Shown piece after piece: positions 11,044 to 23,559 of a stretch of DNA of 64,000 bases. The stretch is taken from positions 1,114,435 to 1,178,434 of the forward strand of contig OZ316895.1 in NCBI GenBank assembly GCA_973895155.1. Reading direction: 5' to 3'. A program made the translations under genes and the position numbers. The notes below the pieces were generated by a model, which had not been told where the DNA came from, searched no databases, and saw only the letters and a list, made by a program, of their open reading frames with translations. Every line of letters starts with the position of its first letter. Positions within the stretch are counted from its first letter, which is position 1. The DNA is from Marsupella aquatica (lineage: Eukaryota; Plantae; Marchantiophyta).

Positions 11044-11873
11044 ATGGTGGATAAAGCTCTCGCCGGATGTAATTTTGTTGCCGACGAAAGCTGAGCAATT
11101 GTTTAAGCCGGCCAAATTTTGTAATAGACCATATGAAGAGATTGTTCTCATATTGACAAAAATACTCATCTTTGTGGATCCGTGATGGAGCCCTAAATCT
11201 AGCAAATTTTGGCACTGCAGAGTAAAATCAGGTGTGTTTGTCAATTGTTGGTGAGGTTCTTGTACCGTTTATTTTAAGATGAGCCCCTAGGTCATTGCCT
11301 TGAATGCTGAGAATTTCTCTTGAGAGATCCCTTCTTCCTACTATGACTTTCTACTTCAACTCCGGTTCCTTCGAATTTTAATCTCAGACCGGAATTGGCA
11401 TCGGAAAGTTCGTCTACAGGGACGTTTGTTCGCCGTCTTGGAGATTTAGGCAAGTAAAGCAGTCGTTGATGTGCAATTGTTCTCGTTGCCAAACCGTCTT
11501 CATCCGTCTTCAGTCTACTGTCACTCCTTAATTTCGGTCGAGAAGCTTATGAATTGCCCGGAATGCTTTGTTCATGACTCACGCAGAGCTTCGGAAGTGG
11601 AGCTTTGGCGGCTGGTAGATTGGTTGAGTGGACTATGATTCCAGCTAGTACACTAATCTGCAGTCGAAATATTAACGTTAATTCATTCAAGCGCCAAAAG
11701 TCATCCGAAGTAGCAGTCGTTCAGTTAGACATGGTAAAACATCTATATTAGTTCTGGTGTGGTGGATGAATTAGCAAAATGCGATGAAAGCACTTTGTTT
11801 GTTGGGACTCGTAGTGATTGTTACCCCTTCCGAGTTAGGGGTGATCCTGCACGTGTGCCAACACTTGTTGTTA

Positions 11874-12183
11874 TTTAATGCATATATTTTACACTGTTAA
11901 ACTAAATAAATTATTCTATCTCATATGTTCCATTTACCCAAATCAGTGATGCCCCTTAGATTTTTTTGCCTTGGAAGATCATTTGGAATTCCACTCACAA
12001 AAACAGCATACGATGCCCCTTAGATTTGGTTCAACAATGAGAACGAACTCTCATATTTAGATTTAATGCATATAATTTACACTATTTAAAAAAAAAGATT
12101 CTATCTCATATGTTCCCATTTACCCAAATCAGTGATGCCCCTTAGATTTGGTTTAACAATGAGAACGAACTCTCATACTTAGA
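11874..12183. repeat. Local tandem/rearranged duplication (~190-bp period)
   Basis: atttaatgcatata.tttacact...attctatctcatatgttc.catttacccaaatcagtgatgccccttagattt occurs at ~11874 and ~12061. gatgccccttagatttggtt.aacaatgagaacgaactctcata occurs twice. Confidence 0.75.
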
Positions 12184-13862
12184 GGTTATATGATATGAAT
12201 TTCATTGATCCGGGGTAAACTCATATCATGCAGCGTACTAAGACTAATTTGACATTCTATTGAATCTCTAAAGATTATTCGACCGACGAATGAGTGCATC
12301 CAATTTGACATTCCAATGAATCACTAAAGATTATTCGGTCGATGAATGATCGGGTTCCCTCTACCTCTACTCCACTACGCCTTATCATAGGGTGAACACA
12401 ATCGACATTTAACTCAACAAGACGTTCCCATGTTCTGTTGCATCCAAGATAGCATCAATTAAAGACACCAAATACTTGCCGGCCAGTGCAAACAAATGCA
12501 TCGATTACAAACACATTAAACCCAACGACCAATATAAAGAAATGCAGCAGCAATACGGAGAGAGGACTTTTGTAGTCCGAAATAATTTTCCTGAAACACC
12601 TCTCTTCAGTGCGTACCCTAAGGATTACAGAAAACTGAGTACATTTACCTGAACGATCTGTCACTGCTGCCATTGACGTTTCGTCAACCCTACACGCAAT
12701 CCGGGAACTATTGAAGGCAACCATTTCTAAGCCAAGGTTGAGGAAAAGGTTGACCATCGATGTAAACTGGTGGATTTCAAAGTGCATAAGGGAACCTGGT
12801 AACAGGTTCTTTCATGTAAATAGAATTACTATGAGAGTGAGACTCTGCAGTTGTCATCGCATTTAACATTCACGAACCCTAACCCTTGCAATGTCTGAGT
12901 ACAAATTTCAACATCCACATGAATTGGTTATATTTTAGAAATATCATGTGCTTATAACAATTGTACTCATTGACATCACATAGCTTAAATAGTAAACCTT
13001 AATAACCAACACAAGTATCAATCTAAGCCGTGACATCTCCCGGAGAAGTTCCCTGTTCCAAGCAATTACATTTTCCCTTTAAAACCTCGTACTGTACAGA
13101 ACGTTTGGGGCATCTCAAATATCAAGAATTTATTGATTCTGGATCCCACTTTATTTCACTGGTTTGAAGTATACCATAGAAGAAGCTGACAGTTGTTTTA
13201 CAAAGTCATCGCTGACCAAACCCAGCAGCTCTTCCAGCAACTCCTGGCCAATCTTCCACTGCCAAATCGGACTAAAAATCCATATGTGGACAGAAATTTT
13301 GGAAGAACGAGTTTGCCTTCATGAACGAGTTTTCTGAGTGCAGAATGACAATAACCCCAAACTACATCTGCACAAAAGAATAAATGGTTCAACCAATGTC
13401 TCAATACTATATCCTAACTAAGAGGATTGGTAACTTCTACAAGGCTGCCATTTATCTTGCCTGGATAAATGAAGATAATGAGAAATCTTTGAACATCCCA
13501 TTCTCAACAAGAGAAATCAAACATGGGACTGAGTTCTGTAAACATTCACTCTGCATGCCATAGGACCCAGAGAGGTTACTTGTTGTTGTGTGAACTACAA
13601 AGCAGGTTATATTGGGAGTCATTAGTCCCAAGGAGGAAACACCTCATCGATATCCATTGCATTGAGCGACCTCCAGCACATATTATGACAAACTGCTTCA
13701 CGCATTTCAATCGTAGAACATGAAACTAACAGTCTTCCGGACCACTTGCATGGACATTAGATCACACATGAAGAGCTTCTCCAACTCCATTCCAAAAGTG
13801 GCATCGACTTTAGCAACTGGCCAATTTCGAGGGCTGGAATCAACCCTCAGTCCTTCTATCCT

Positions 13863-15758
13863 CTAGCTGCACAGAATGACAAAGTGTACGAGTCCATTAA
13901 TGAATTCCATAGAATTCCAAAATGTCTGTAAAAATCCAGTAAGAACAAGTGATACATGATCCAAAGTAAACGGAAATCTCTCGGCTTGTTCTTAAAGCAT
14001 TTAGGATGGCAAGTACGATTCTCTAGAACAATTTCAAAGCAAATATCGTTGAAATGAAGTAGGAAAGATCCTCTATCCTACCATAAACTTGGACAGCCAA
14101 AGAAACCAATACATGCGAATCGTAAAAATTGATACATATAACTATTGTATCTGTGAGGTAAAACCAGTGCAACACACTTTGTCGGCTCTGACTAGTTCAA
14201 AGAGGGATGAATCATCAAATAGCAGAAAGCAGACGGGTAGTAACCATTGTTTACAAACAAAGGCCACATTCCAAAAACTAAGCTGTATAGTAAATGCATT
14301 CGCGATTCCACGTCCCGAGGAAAGTGATTGTACCTGGTCTCCCCACCGGCAGACAAAGAATATATGAGCTCCAGAGTTGTGTATCGCATTTGTTTCACAG
14401 ATGACGGACTGATTGAGCTTCTCACCAACCCTGCATACTCATTTGATCTGCTTCGTGCTCTCTTCCTATCTTGGAAAGCATTACAAAGTACCTTGGCTAT
14501 GGCCATAACATATACTCCACAATCATAGTTGTTCTCCTGCTGTGGTGTTGCTTGCTCGATAAACTTTGCTCCAGTTACACGCTCACCTGTTCCCCAAAGG
14601 TCAACCAGTCGGTGACAGAACAGTTTAGAGCCGTTGGCCACTGTACAGTAGACAAATAACCTTGTACCAGAGTCATAATCCCCCCCCCCCCCCTACCCCT
14701 CCTCTCTTCAAGACTATGCAGGTGATGAAATCGCGACAGAGTATAAAGAGAAGTTAACACGAGGTCCAGTACCCATGTGGGGCTTGATGATATTCATTAA
14801 CTCCCGTGCCTGCTTCGAGTTTGTTCCAGCCATGCTATCGAAGTGTTCGAATGTGTTCCGCTGCCTGTAATACAAAAGGGAAAGAGACTGCTGACGTTTT
14901 TAAAAACCCTCGATGGAGAAAGCTGGCATGCACGGAACATTGATGCATTGCATGAGATGAAATGGAGAGGATTGCAAGCATTGAAGAGTGTTAGGGAGGG
15001 CAAACAGTACCTGTTGAACATAAGGACTGTCCAATGCGTTCCGCCTTCTGCCGTTTCGACATCCTCATTGTTATTCAATGCAAAGATCACCATCTACCTT
15101 GATACCACACAGAGCCCCATCCCCAAACTGGATTTTAAATTGGCTGTGCTTTGGTCAATGTCGCACCTCCATCACACAAGTACTACTAGACATACATTAA
15201 ACACGTGTCTAAAAAAAAGGTAAGACACGATGTCTACATTATGTTATAACCTCCAATTGATAAAGTGAGATATTGCCTTGAAGGTTCCGTGACAGAAACC
15301 TTGGGTAAGACAAACAGAAAATCATACTAGAATCGAAGAAAAGCTGTCAACTTCAGACTGAACCTTAAACCGCCTTTAATAAAATAAGATACATTAGCTC
15401 TTACAAAGATAAGCAATATGAGTTGAAGAGCTGATATTTCAACCCTAACGACTCAAAACAGATTCCTCCGTGGCAGAACAAAGGGACTCACCTCACGCTC
15501 TTGAAATTTCATGGGGTCGATGGCAGCCATAAGACCTTCCGAATCAGGGCAATGCAGCAACCAAAACGTGAGTGTGGGGCCAACAAGCAAAAGGGGAGAC
15601 GTTTCTGTGTCCTGTGAGCAGTGCTCTTTCGAAAGATAATTGAAGAAAAATTCGATGATATGATCATTCAAGTAATGGGGCCCATCTAACAGTGACACAT
15701 CTGATTGTCGCAACAGGACATCACCGTAACTCAACACTCTTTCATCACTGGCTCCCAT
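13863..15758 (-). CDS. SENP8: NEDD8/RUB-specific protease (SENP8/DEN1/NEDP1, Ulp1/C48 peptidase family)
   Basis: Exons 15758-15492, 15093-15011, 14864-14773 and 14586-14334, plus a probable 4-nt last coding exon 13866-13863 (~232 aa). Reading through the last donor would instead end at 14192. The protein has MGASDERVLSYGDVLLRQSDVSLLDGPHYLNDHIIEFFF and the catalytic motifs GGTHW, HFDS and QQENNYDCGVYV. All splice phases are consistent. There is a probable 5'UTR intron at ~15970-17329. Confidence 0.92.
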
Positions 15759-17835
15759 CCTCCTCGACCAATTATGAGAACAATTGCCCTCCAAATCCTC
15801 CGCTTCGTTTACTAGTCAGTTGAGCCTTCCATGCGGTTCCCCTCAATAGTGCACTCACTGATAATTTCTTCGTTATCACAGTTGTGAATTCTTCCGTCTT
15901 CACCCAAACACAGAACTAATGATCACCTCCGTGTCTTCCGATGTACTTAACCTTTCAATCACCAGCAAACTGGAGACAAAACACATAATATAGAGCTTGA
16001 GCTGGAATTCAGATGCACAAATGATCGTAAATCCTATAAAAACAAATGGTCATGGCCTTTGTGCTGAAAGTCCTTCCTCGAACCATTTTCTTTTATGAGC
16101 TGCAGACTTTGACTCTTCGACCCTAAATTTAGGGTTGGCCCATCTTCTTAGTCTTGGCAACCAGAGCATATCAGCGGACGAGGTACAGACATCACATTGG
16201 GTCTATGCGCATACCTATCATCTAAATCACAGCTCCGCACGGAGCAAGCATACTGGTGGGTATGGCTAAAAAGGTCTCAGCATAATTTTGGACTTTTTCA
16301 CAATCTGCTTTTCCATCTTTGAATGTTCTACGGACAGCACGATAGCACAGAGCATTGGCTTCATTATGAAAAACATTTTTGTGACACACAAGTCTCCAAG
16401 ATGTGTTACAAAAGTCTTTCAAGGTTTCAATTTGCACCTCCACTTCATTGCATGAAGCATAATAGCATCTTCAGTTCCCGTCAAAATTCTCCCCGCCTAT
16501 GAAGAGAATGGCCTGTGACCCGGATGTTTTGCAAAAGTATTTGACTATTTGTTGCGAAGTGTTGTGGAATAACAAGTGCTTGAAAGGAACGTCCTCACAG
16601 ATTTTTAATCCTGTTGCTTCTCACCGATGTATTATAATCTACCTTTTGGTCAACACGGTTATTCAGCCTGTCCTCGCACTCGTTTGTTAGCATATTGTGG
16701 ACCATGAACTCCTTTGTCCATCACTATCCATCATCTGCGGCCTTGAGCATTGACTGGTGAATTCTTCTACGATATGGCAGAAAACCTTCTTAACGACATT
16801 CACCCGAGATTGCATAAGGCCGTCACAGGAATTTATTAGAACTCGATTTTCTTCTGTTTCTCCGGAGAAGTATGCAATGACTCGTGAGACGATTGCAACC
16901 TTTGCGCTTTGACGCACTGCTGCCCATCACAAACAGATGTTGCAATCTGCATTACAATACCGGGACAAGGCTAGAAGTGCGGGTTACTATTTGGGGAAGT
17001 CTTGTGGCAGGACAAACATCGTATCGTACCTTATTGCTAGCAAATCAGGGCAACTCCGAGATGTTTCAGAGGCAGCTCAACAGCGTGGAGAAAGGACCAA
17101 GCTGAAACATTTTGATATGGCTTTAGCAGTAAAATTCAATGCGATGGGACCCTGACAATACAATCAATTACAATCCAACCTCTAAAAACTTTAATTCTAA
17201 TTGACCAGGTTATGGACATGGTGACCATCATGCTGTACCTCCGCTTGGACAGTTCATGTTAGCAGCCCGTGTCGTCATGATGAGCCTCGGAGCAGCATCA
17301 GCAGCAGCAGCAGCAGCAGAATTCCTTACAACCCTAACCGCCCAGTAGCACAACACTGCTATGCGATCAGCAGGACCCGGTCGGCGAAGCTGCTGGTGAG
17401 GAATTGGAGGCGGAATGACGCGGCTATGGTGACCAAGCAATCAGGTAGTGTGACACAGGTCAGCACCAGCCTCAAAAGCTAACTTTCCCGAGACAATCCC
17501 ACAGATATGGGTCGCAGTGCATTGAGGTAGGCCTTTTCAGCGTATCTGCAATCCTTGGAGTTCTCCTAAAATTGCTCTGTGCTTCGAAAATCGAAGAACC
17601 GAGCTCATGAGATTCCACTTCTTCGTCTGACTCTGTCCAAAGGACCGACCCCTCGAGTTTTCGACGCGCCCACAAGCGTTTTCCCCAATCCAGCCGAGGA
17701 CAAAACGTCCACGCGCCTCTTAGTGCACCAAACCAGTTTTGAGCTCCGGCCGCTGCATGGACTCCGCCCCCACGATAGCTTTGCTTTGAGTCCACGCCAC
17801 CTGCCTTTACCTAACAAAGCGCAACCCACGAGTCA

Positions 17836-17984
17836 TACTTGATGGACCCCCAAAATGCAAAGTGTTTTTAATGGACCCATGAATGATCCAGACCGTCCAT
17901 AGATCTCAAATCAATGGACCCAAAATCTCCTGGGTCTCATGGGGTCTAGCAAATAACAGATTTCAATTTAGGGTCCATCAAGTA
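17836..17984. mobile_element. ~150-bp inverted-repeat miniature element (MITE-like) upstream of SENP8
   Basis: Perfect 14-bp TIR TACTTGATGGACCC / GGGTCCATCAAGTA. A related copy at 42101-42252 shares the core tgatccagaccgt. Confidence 0.65.
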
Positions 17985-19300
17985 CATCTTTCCCCAACCC
18001 ATAGCACACTATCCGGGAATTGACCGGTGCACCCGGTCTTCAGATACCGGCAACTGGAACCCGGGACCAAATTTGTGCCACTCTATTATTTATGAGCTAG
18101 TTATTTATTAGGCTATCTCAAATAATTATGGTCCATTTCTGTTTTTCCCAGGATAGGTCATTGCCCATAATGTGGTATTTGAATAATGCCCAGACTTTCC
18201 GAGATCACTTAATATTTGGGTTTTTGTAATGGCCAGGACGTGGTGGGAGAAAGTGGCTAGCAGGAAACCAAAAAATCCTGTGACAGAAGTGTGTGGGCTT
18301 GGCTTTGGGAGCCTTGCACATTTTTCAGCCTTGTCTGTACTAACCTCAACTTGGACTCACATGAGAGTGCCTGCGGATCATATGTGAGATTGCCGATCAT
18401 ATGTGAGATCCCCTGTTATGATACTGATTTAGTCACTTGGAAGTTAATGTTTGGATGGATCCCATGTACCAATGAATTTTGGATATCCCTAAGTTTGTGA
18501 AAAAATACTTCTTAATTATCTGGAATGTAAGTGTTCCATCCTATTTATAAAGCACCAACTATAAGCTAGAGTTGTGGCCTAAGCTTCTAGAGTAAAGCCT
18601 CTAGACCCAAACTCTATGGCTCATTATACATGATAGGAAAATTCATGACTATGATACATGTCAAATGATAATCATACATATTTTTTGTCATGATTTCTAT
18701 TTGCACTAAAAAGTGGATTCTATGTCCCCACTATAACATATGTGCATAGAAAGAGGGATGTACATAGAAAAGAGTATTATATGTTATGTGTGATTATTAA
18801 TATGATGACATGCATGATTTTATTATCATTCAAAGAATGTGAATAAGATATATATTTTAGTGATATTTTTTTGATCCTCCCCTCTATTCATGTTCAAATA
18901 AGGGGTAGTTGGGGCTAGTGTGTTATGAACTTGCATTGAAAGCATAGAAGCTATGCAATTTCCCTGCTATTTGGGCCAAGCAATGAACCTACATTGAGAG
19001 CAATAAACCTATGTCAAGCACCGTTAGTAGTACAATCCAATACTGTAGGCTATGATCTGCTGAATTGCAACAAAGACGTAGGGTTCCTGGTTGAGCTCTC
19101 ATACGTGGCAAGTCAAAATACAATCTACCTTGTTTAAGTGTAGGCTCCTGGGAAGACATCCCAAGCCTGCAGTTATTCACATTATGCACTTCATCGTAAG
19201 CGCATGTTGCACTGTCTCCCATATATGTGTGTGTGCTCTTTCCAATAAGTGTCTATGACTCAGGTCATACGCATGGCCTTCTCATACCCAGAATCCTTGT

Positions 19301-19393
19301 AGTGCATGAGTCAAATGGATATGTGCATGAGTCAAATGGATATGTGCATGAGTCAAATGGATATGTGCATGAGTCAAATGGATATGTGCATGA
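19301..19393. repeat. Minisatellite, 21-bp unit x4.5
   Basis: gtgcatgagtcaaatggatat is repeated perfectly 4 times plus a partial copy. Confidence 0.95.
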
Positions 19394-21953
19394 AACTACA
19401 ATGTGTAGTTGTCTGCTGCACTTATAAAAAATGCTTCTAACATATGTGTTATAGTCGTTCATTAATGCATATGTAGTCTTATAGACGGAAAATACACTTA
19501 TGTATTTGTCATTTAGTGACGTGCAACCTGCACACAGGTGCATTTTTTTGATGCATTACAAAGGACTTTGCTCTATTATTGAGGGATTATGCAATCACCC
19601 TGCAGTTACCCATTGAATGCAGATATACATGCTGCACTTATCCACAGTACACTCTAGAGCAAGGGTGAAAGTTTGGCTATGTGTTGCAAGTCTAACTTTC
19701 ACCCTTTGAGCCCTGGCTCTATGTTGGGCTACTCTTTGATTGCTACAGTAAATGCTGATCCAAAGCAACACCGTTGTCGGTTGCTACTTTGCTACAAGGA
19801 ACAACTTCCCCCCACATTCAGGCCGGGGTAGTTTTGTAAATTTGAAACATTAAAGTTGCTATGGTCTTTATGTTTCCATTTAATGTTTGTAATTAACTGG
19901 AATTACAATTAATTGTAGTTAATTGTAATATTAGAATGCTATCCAGGTAACTTGTAAGGGGAATTTTGTTAATTTTTGTCTTTTAATAGTGTTTGATTTA
20001 CTTTACTAACCCTAACTACCCATTTTTTGAACATGATTGGTGGAGAATATAATATAAATGTTACCAAAATATATTCTCTACCCATATTCTTTGAAGGTTA
20101 ATGAAATAATAAAAAACTTATCATTTTAAAATTATCACATAAAACTTGCATGCACCAGTTAACAAACATCATAGTTATGAATTTTCCATGTATGTTTTCC
20201 ATGCACATGATACCCATAGAGTTACCTTCTAGAGTCTTCACTCTACACCTACTGTAGGCTCTTAAAAGTAAACTTCGGTTGATGCTTTTGTATAATAAGA
20301 TCTGGTGTGCACATGCAGGAAGGGGGCAAAACTGAAGCCCACATGCACCTAAGATTTGACAAAATGGCCACATGGACAAGCCAAACTCAGAGGGACTGCG
20401 GAAAAATCTTCTTGTACTCAGTTAGCACTTTCCCTCTGGAAAATAATTTTTATTTTTCTGGTCAATCCTGCTTCATCCGGGTGTCAAAGTTCATGCTCGG
20501 GCCGTCCAAGCATGACCTTACAAGGAGTAGATGCCATAGACGTTGGAGACCCTCGCTTGGAGTAATATCTTTATGCTGTTAGAAAACGAAGTCAGTGGCT
20601 TCGGGTTGTGGGCAGCCGACTCGAGGAGCCGAATGTTGAGCAGCCACATGCTGATGAGTGGGTCCCGACTCCCGATGCCAGTCATGGACAATGCTGCGTG
20701 CTCAGAAACAGCAAGGAATCCGAGTATCCACCCATCGTTCGAGGCCCCCATAATAATTATTATTGGCTACCAGCATGGGGACCACAAGTCCACAAGACAC
20801 GATCCTAACATTACGTCTCGCACAAAATTACTGTACGGTAGGCGACTACCAATATGAAACCTTGACGGCTTCACGAGTAGACAGTATGACTGTGTAAATA
20901 ATCATTGTGACGAGCGTACTACTACTGGACCATGCCCTGGTTTGCTGCAATGCAGTAGTTGTAAGAAATGCGATCTACATCACAAGGAATGGATTATGGA
21001 GAAAACGACTCTCCTACTCTCGCACAAGACTCTGGGATTTACTGTGGCAATGCTATTGATACGGCTGAGAGTGTAAAGGCCCGGTCATAGAAAATTTAGA
21101 AATAGTGTCTGGTTTGACTGTAAGAGAGCATTTTAAAGGAAACGGCTTGGCATTGTCTGAGCTGGTAAATAAAAAACCCTCAATATCCTTAAAATTCCAC
21201 CACGAATGTGAGAATGCAGAATGCACTAATTCAGAAGATGCATAAATGAGCTTCCGATTGGATACATCAATCTGTAATAATTGTGTATTACAGAATGTCT
21301 TGGTATTGAGTTTTTCGAGGCAAAAAAAAGAATGTCTTGGTATTCAGAAGAATGATTTGAAGCGTTCTTCTAAATACCAAGACCAAGTAATACACACCGC
21401 ATTTTTCCCACACCAGTTCTCCACTCACGTAAGATTCGGGTTGGTGTTGACTCAACAAACGATATTAAAAACCATGGTTGTCCATGAGAGCGCCGACTCT
21501 GCACAGGTATCTCAAATCTTTCAATCTAATTTTTCTGGATGCACCGATGCAGATACTCGTACTCGCCCGACCAGCCTTTGATTTTGATTTAGTGGCAAAA
21601 ATTCGATACATTAGATTATTCCTAAACGTATTGGTCAACTTTTGGCACAAATTCGCTTGATTTCGGGTAGTCCAGTAGCTTGTTTCCACCTACCCAGAAA
21701 TCCCATTAGCCAGAGTCTATTAGTCGTCCTTAAATCCCGGGACAGCCAGAATCTATTAGTCATCCTTACATCCAGGGAGAACTGACGTCGGACATTAATG
21801 TAGGAGAAAGTAAAGTTCCCAGCATCGTTCTCCTTTTCATATCAGGTGACATTCGCCACCAGCGGAAAAGAGGAAACTTATTTACGCTCCACTCAATTGA
21901 CTTCTTTTCGAAGTAGAAACTCAAGAGGTACTTTAGAACACTAGCCCTCCCTA

Positions 21954-23050
21954 GAGGTATATGCTTAATCAACCCCCTTTGGATTGTTTCTTGCTTAATC
22001 AACCCCCTATGTTCAAATCTGCCCCAATCAACCCCCTATGTTCAGATCTACCCCAATCGACCCCCCAAAGTATGTTTGTTACCCAATCAACCCCCTTTGA
22101 TAGTTTATGGTTCATGACATACCGTGTATTGCAATTGCAATCTACATGAACCTGTCCATGGGTGCAAGCGACTTGACCAAACCGTCAAATGTTTCATTTA
22201 GGGTCGGTTGCACCGCAACGACAACAATCAAGGATTTCAATGAGCTTTTGTTGGTCATGAGGTTTGGGGGAATCTATTGTATTGGGGGTTATTGGGAAGC
22301 TCAGTCTCTTTTCGTTAGAGTTTGCATGCAATCTAAATGACATTTTAGTGGTGTGAGGTACACTTAGGGATATCAATGTTGGAGATTTTGATGTCTTTGT
22401 GCATTGTTGGCATAGAGGGGATCTATTTGAAGTGGACATTCTTTAATGTGACATTTGATCACTACAAGATAGAGAGTGCCCAAAAACAAGACGCACATAT
22501 ATGGGTTTAGGATGTGGCTAGGATAAGTGATGGGAAAGCCTATAAGAAAGTGTGTAAGAATTTGATGTTGTCATCAATTGTTGTTGATATGTTTATTCTA
22601 GTGAATACACTTTGTTGAGAGTACATAATGCAAAGTGTCCTAGTTCAATTGCTCATAATGGAAGCAAAGGCAACTCAAATTCAAAACGACAAACACTTCA
22701 AGGATTTTGGAGAATTTTACAAGTGTTTGGATTCTTGGCTGTCATAATGATCTTGCGGTATAAAGATTGGAAACATTTTGAGAACATTTAATAATTTCTG
22801 AACACAAGTGTGCCAAATTAGCGTGTCAAAGAGATCCAGCAAAGCATTTTCTATGAGTGAGATCCAAACAGAGATTTGTCTCTAGTGGAATGCACTGATA
22901 AAGATTCTCAACAAATCAACTATATATGAACATTATGGAGATAGCAACCCAGTTTTATTACCTCTAAACTTCAGACAAATGGAGACCCCGCTGGAGACCC
23001 TTAAATGTTTGAAGGCGATTGAACACTTGAACACTGCAAGAACCATATTT
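21954..23050. mobile_element. Truncated Mutator-like element, inverted copy of 50728-52046
   Basis: Starts GAGGTATATGCTTAATCAACCCCC with subterminal aatcaaccccc repeats. About 1.1 kb is colinear, in reverse complement, with ~50990-52046. No second TIR was found. Confidence 0.75.
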
Positions 23051-23559
23051 GCATGGTATGGTAATGTTTGCATTGTGCACTTGGCCGGGAAGACCTTTTT
23101 TTTTAATCTCGGCCAATTCACACAATAGACAGCTCTTTGGAACGGTGGAGATGTTTCAAATATTAAGGCTTCTCAAAGCTTCATCATCACTAGTGTTGCA
23201 AAAGTATGTAATGGTCATGATGTGTTTCGCGGGGTTGTCCAGGAGTTTTTTTCAAGTTTTTCTTCACTAGCATCTCTAGTGACTTACTGATGGCATATGA
23301 TCATTCATTGCGGCAGCAACAGTTATGGATTATTTAGTAGTCTATAACATTTCCTGCTTGTAGTTTTAACCTAGTAGCTAAGGTCCATCAAGTATGGAGG
23401 TTTGAGACCGTGATGGCCTTGATCACATGACTCCTTTTAGCCAGGAAGTGTGCATCGACAAGATTATAGTACTCCTTTCAAAGATCCTGGAAAATGCATT
23501 GAACTGCACAAAGGGCTTGAAAATAGGGTCCAAGAATTCTCTAAAGCTCCAATACTGAA

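Noticed and set aside
10544-11215. 223-aa minus-strand ORF
   Set aside because: Antisense shadow of RPL39 exons and introns.
18010-18085. hAT-like end (CCGG-rich tract ending GTGCCACTCTA)
   Set aside because: No matching second TIR or TSD was found, so the element cannot be delimited.
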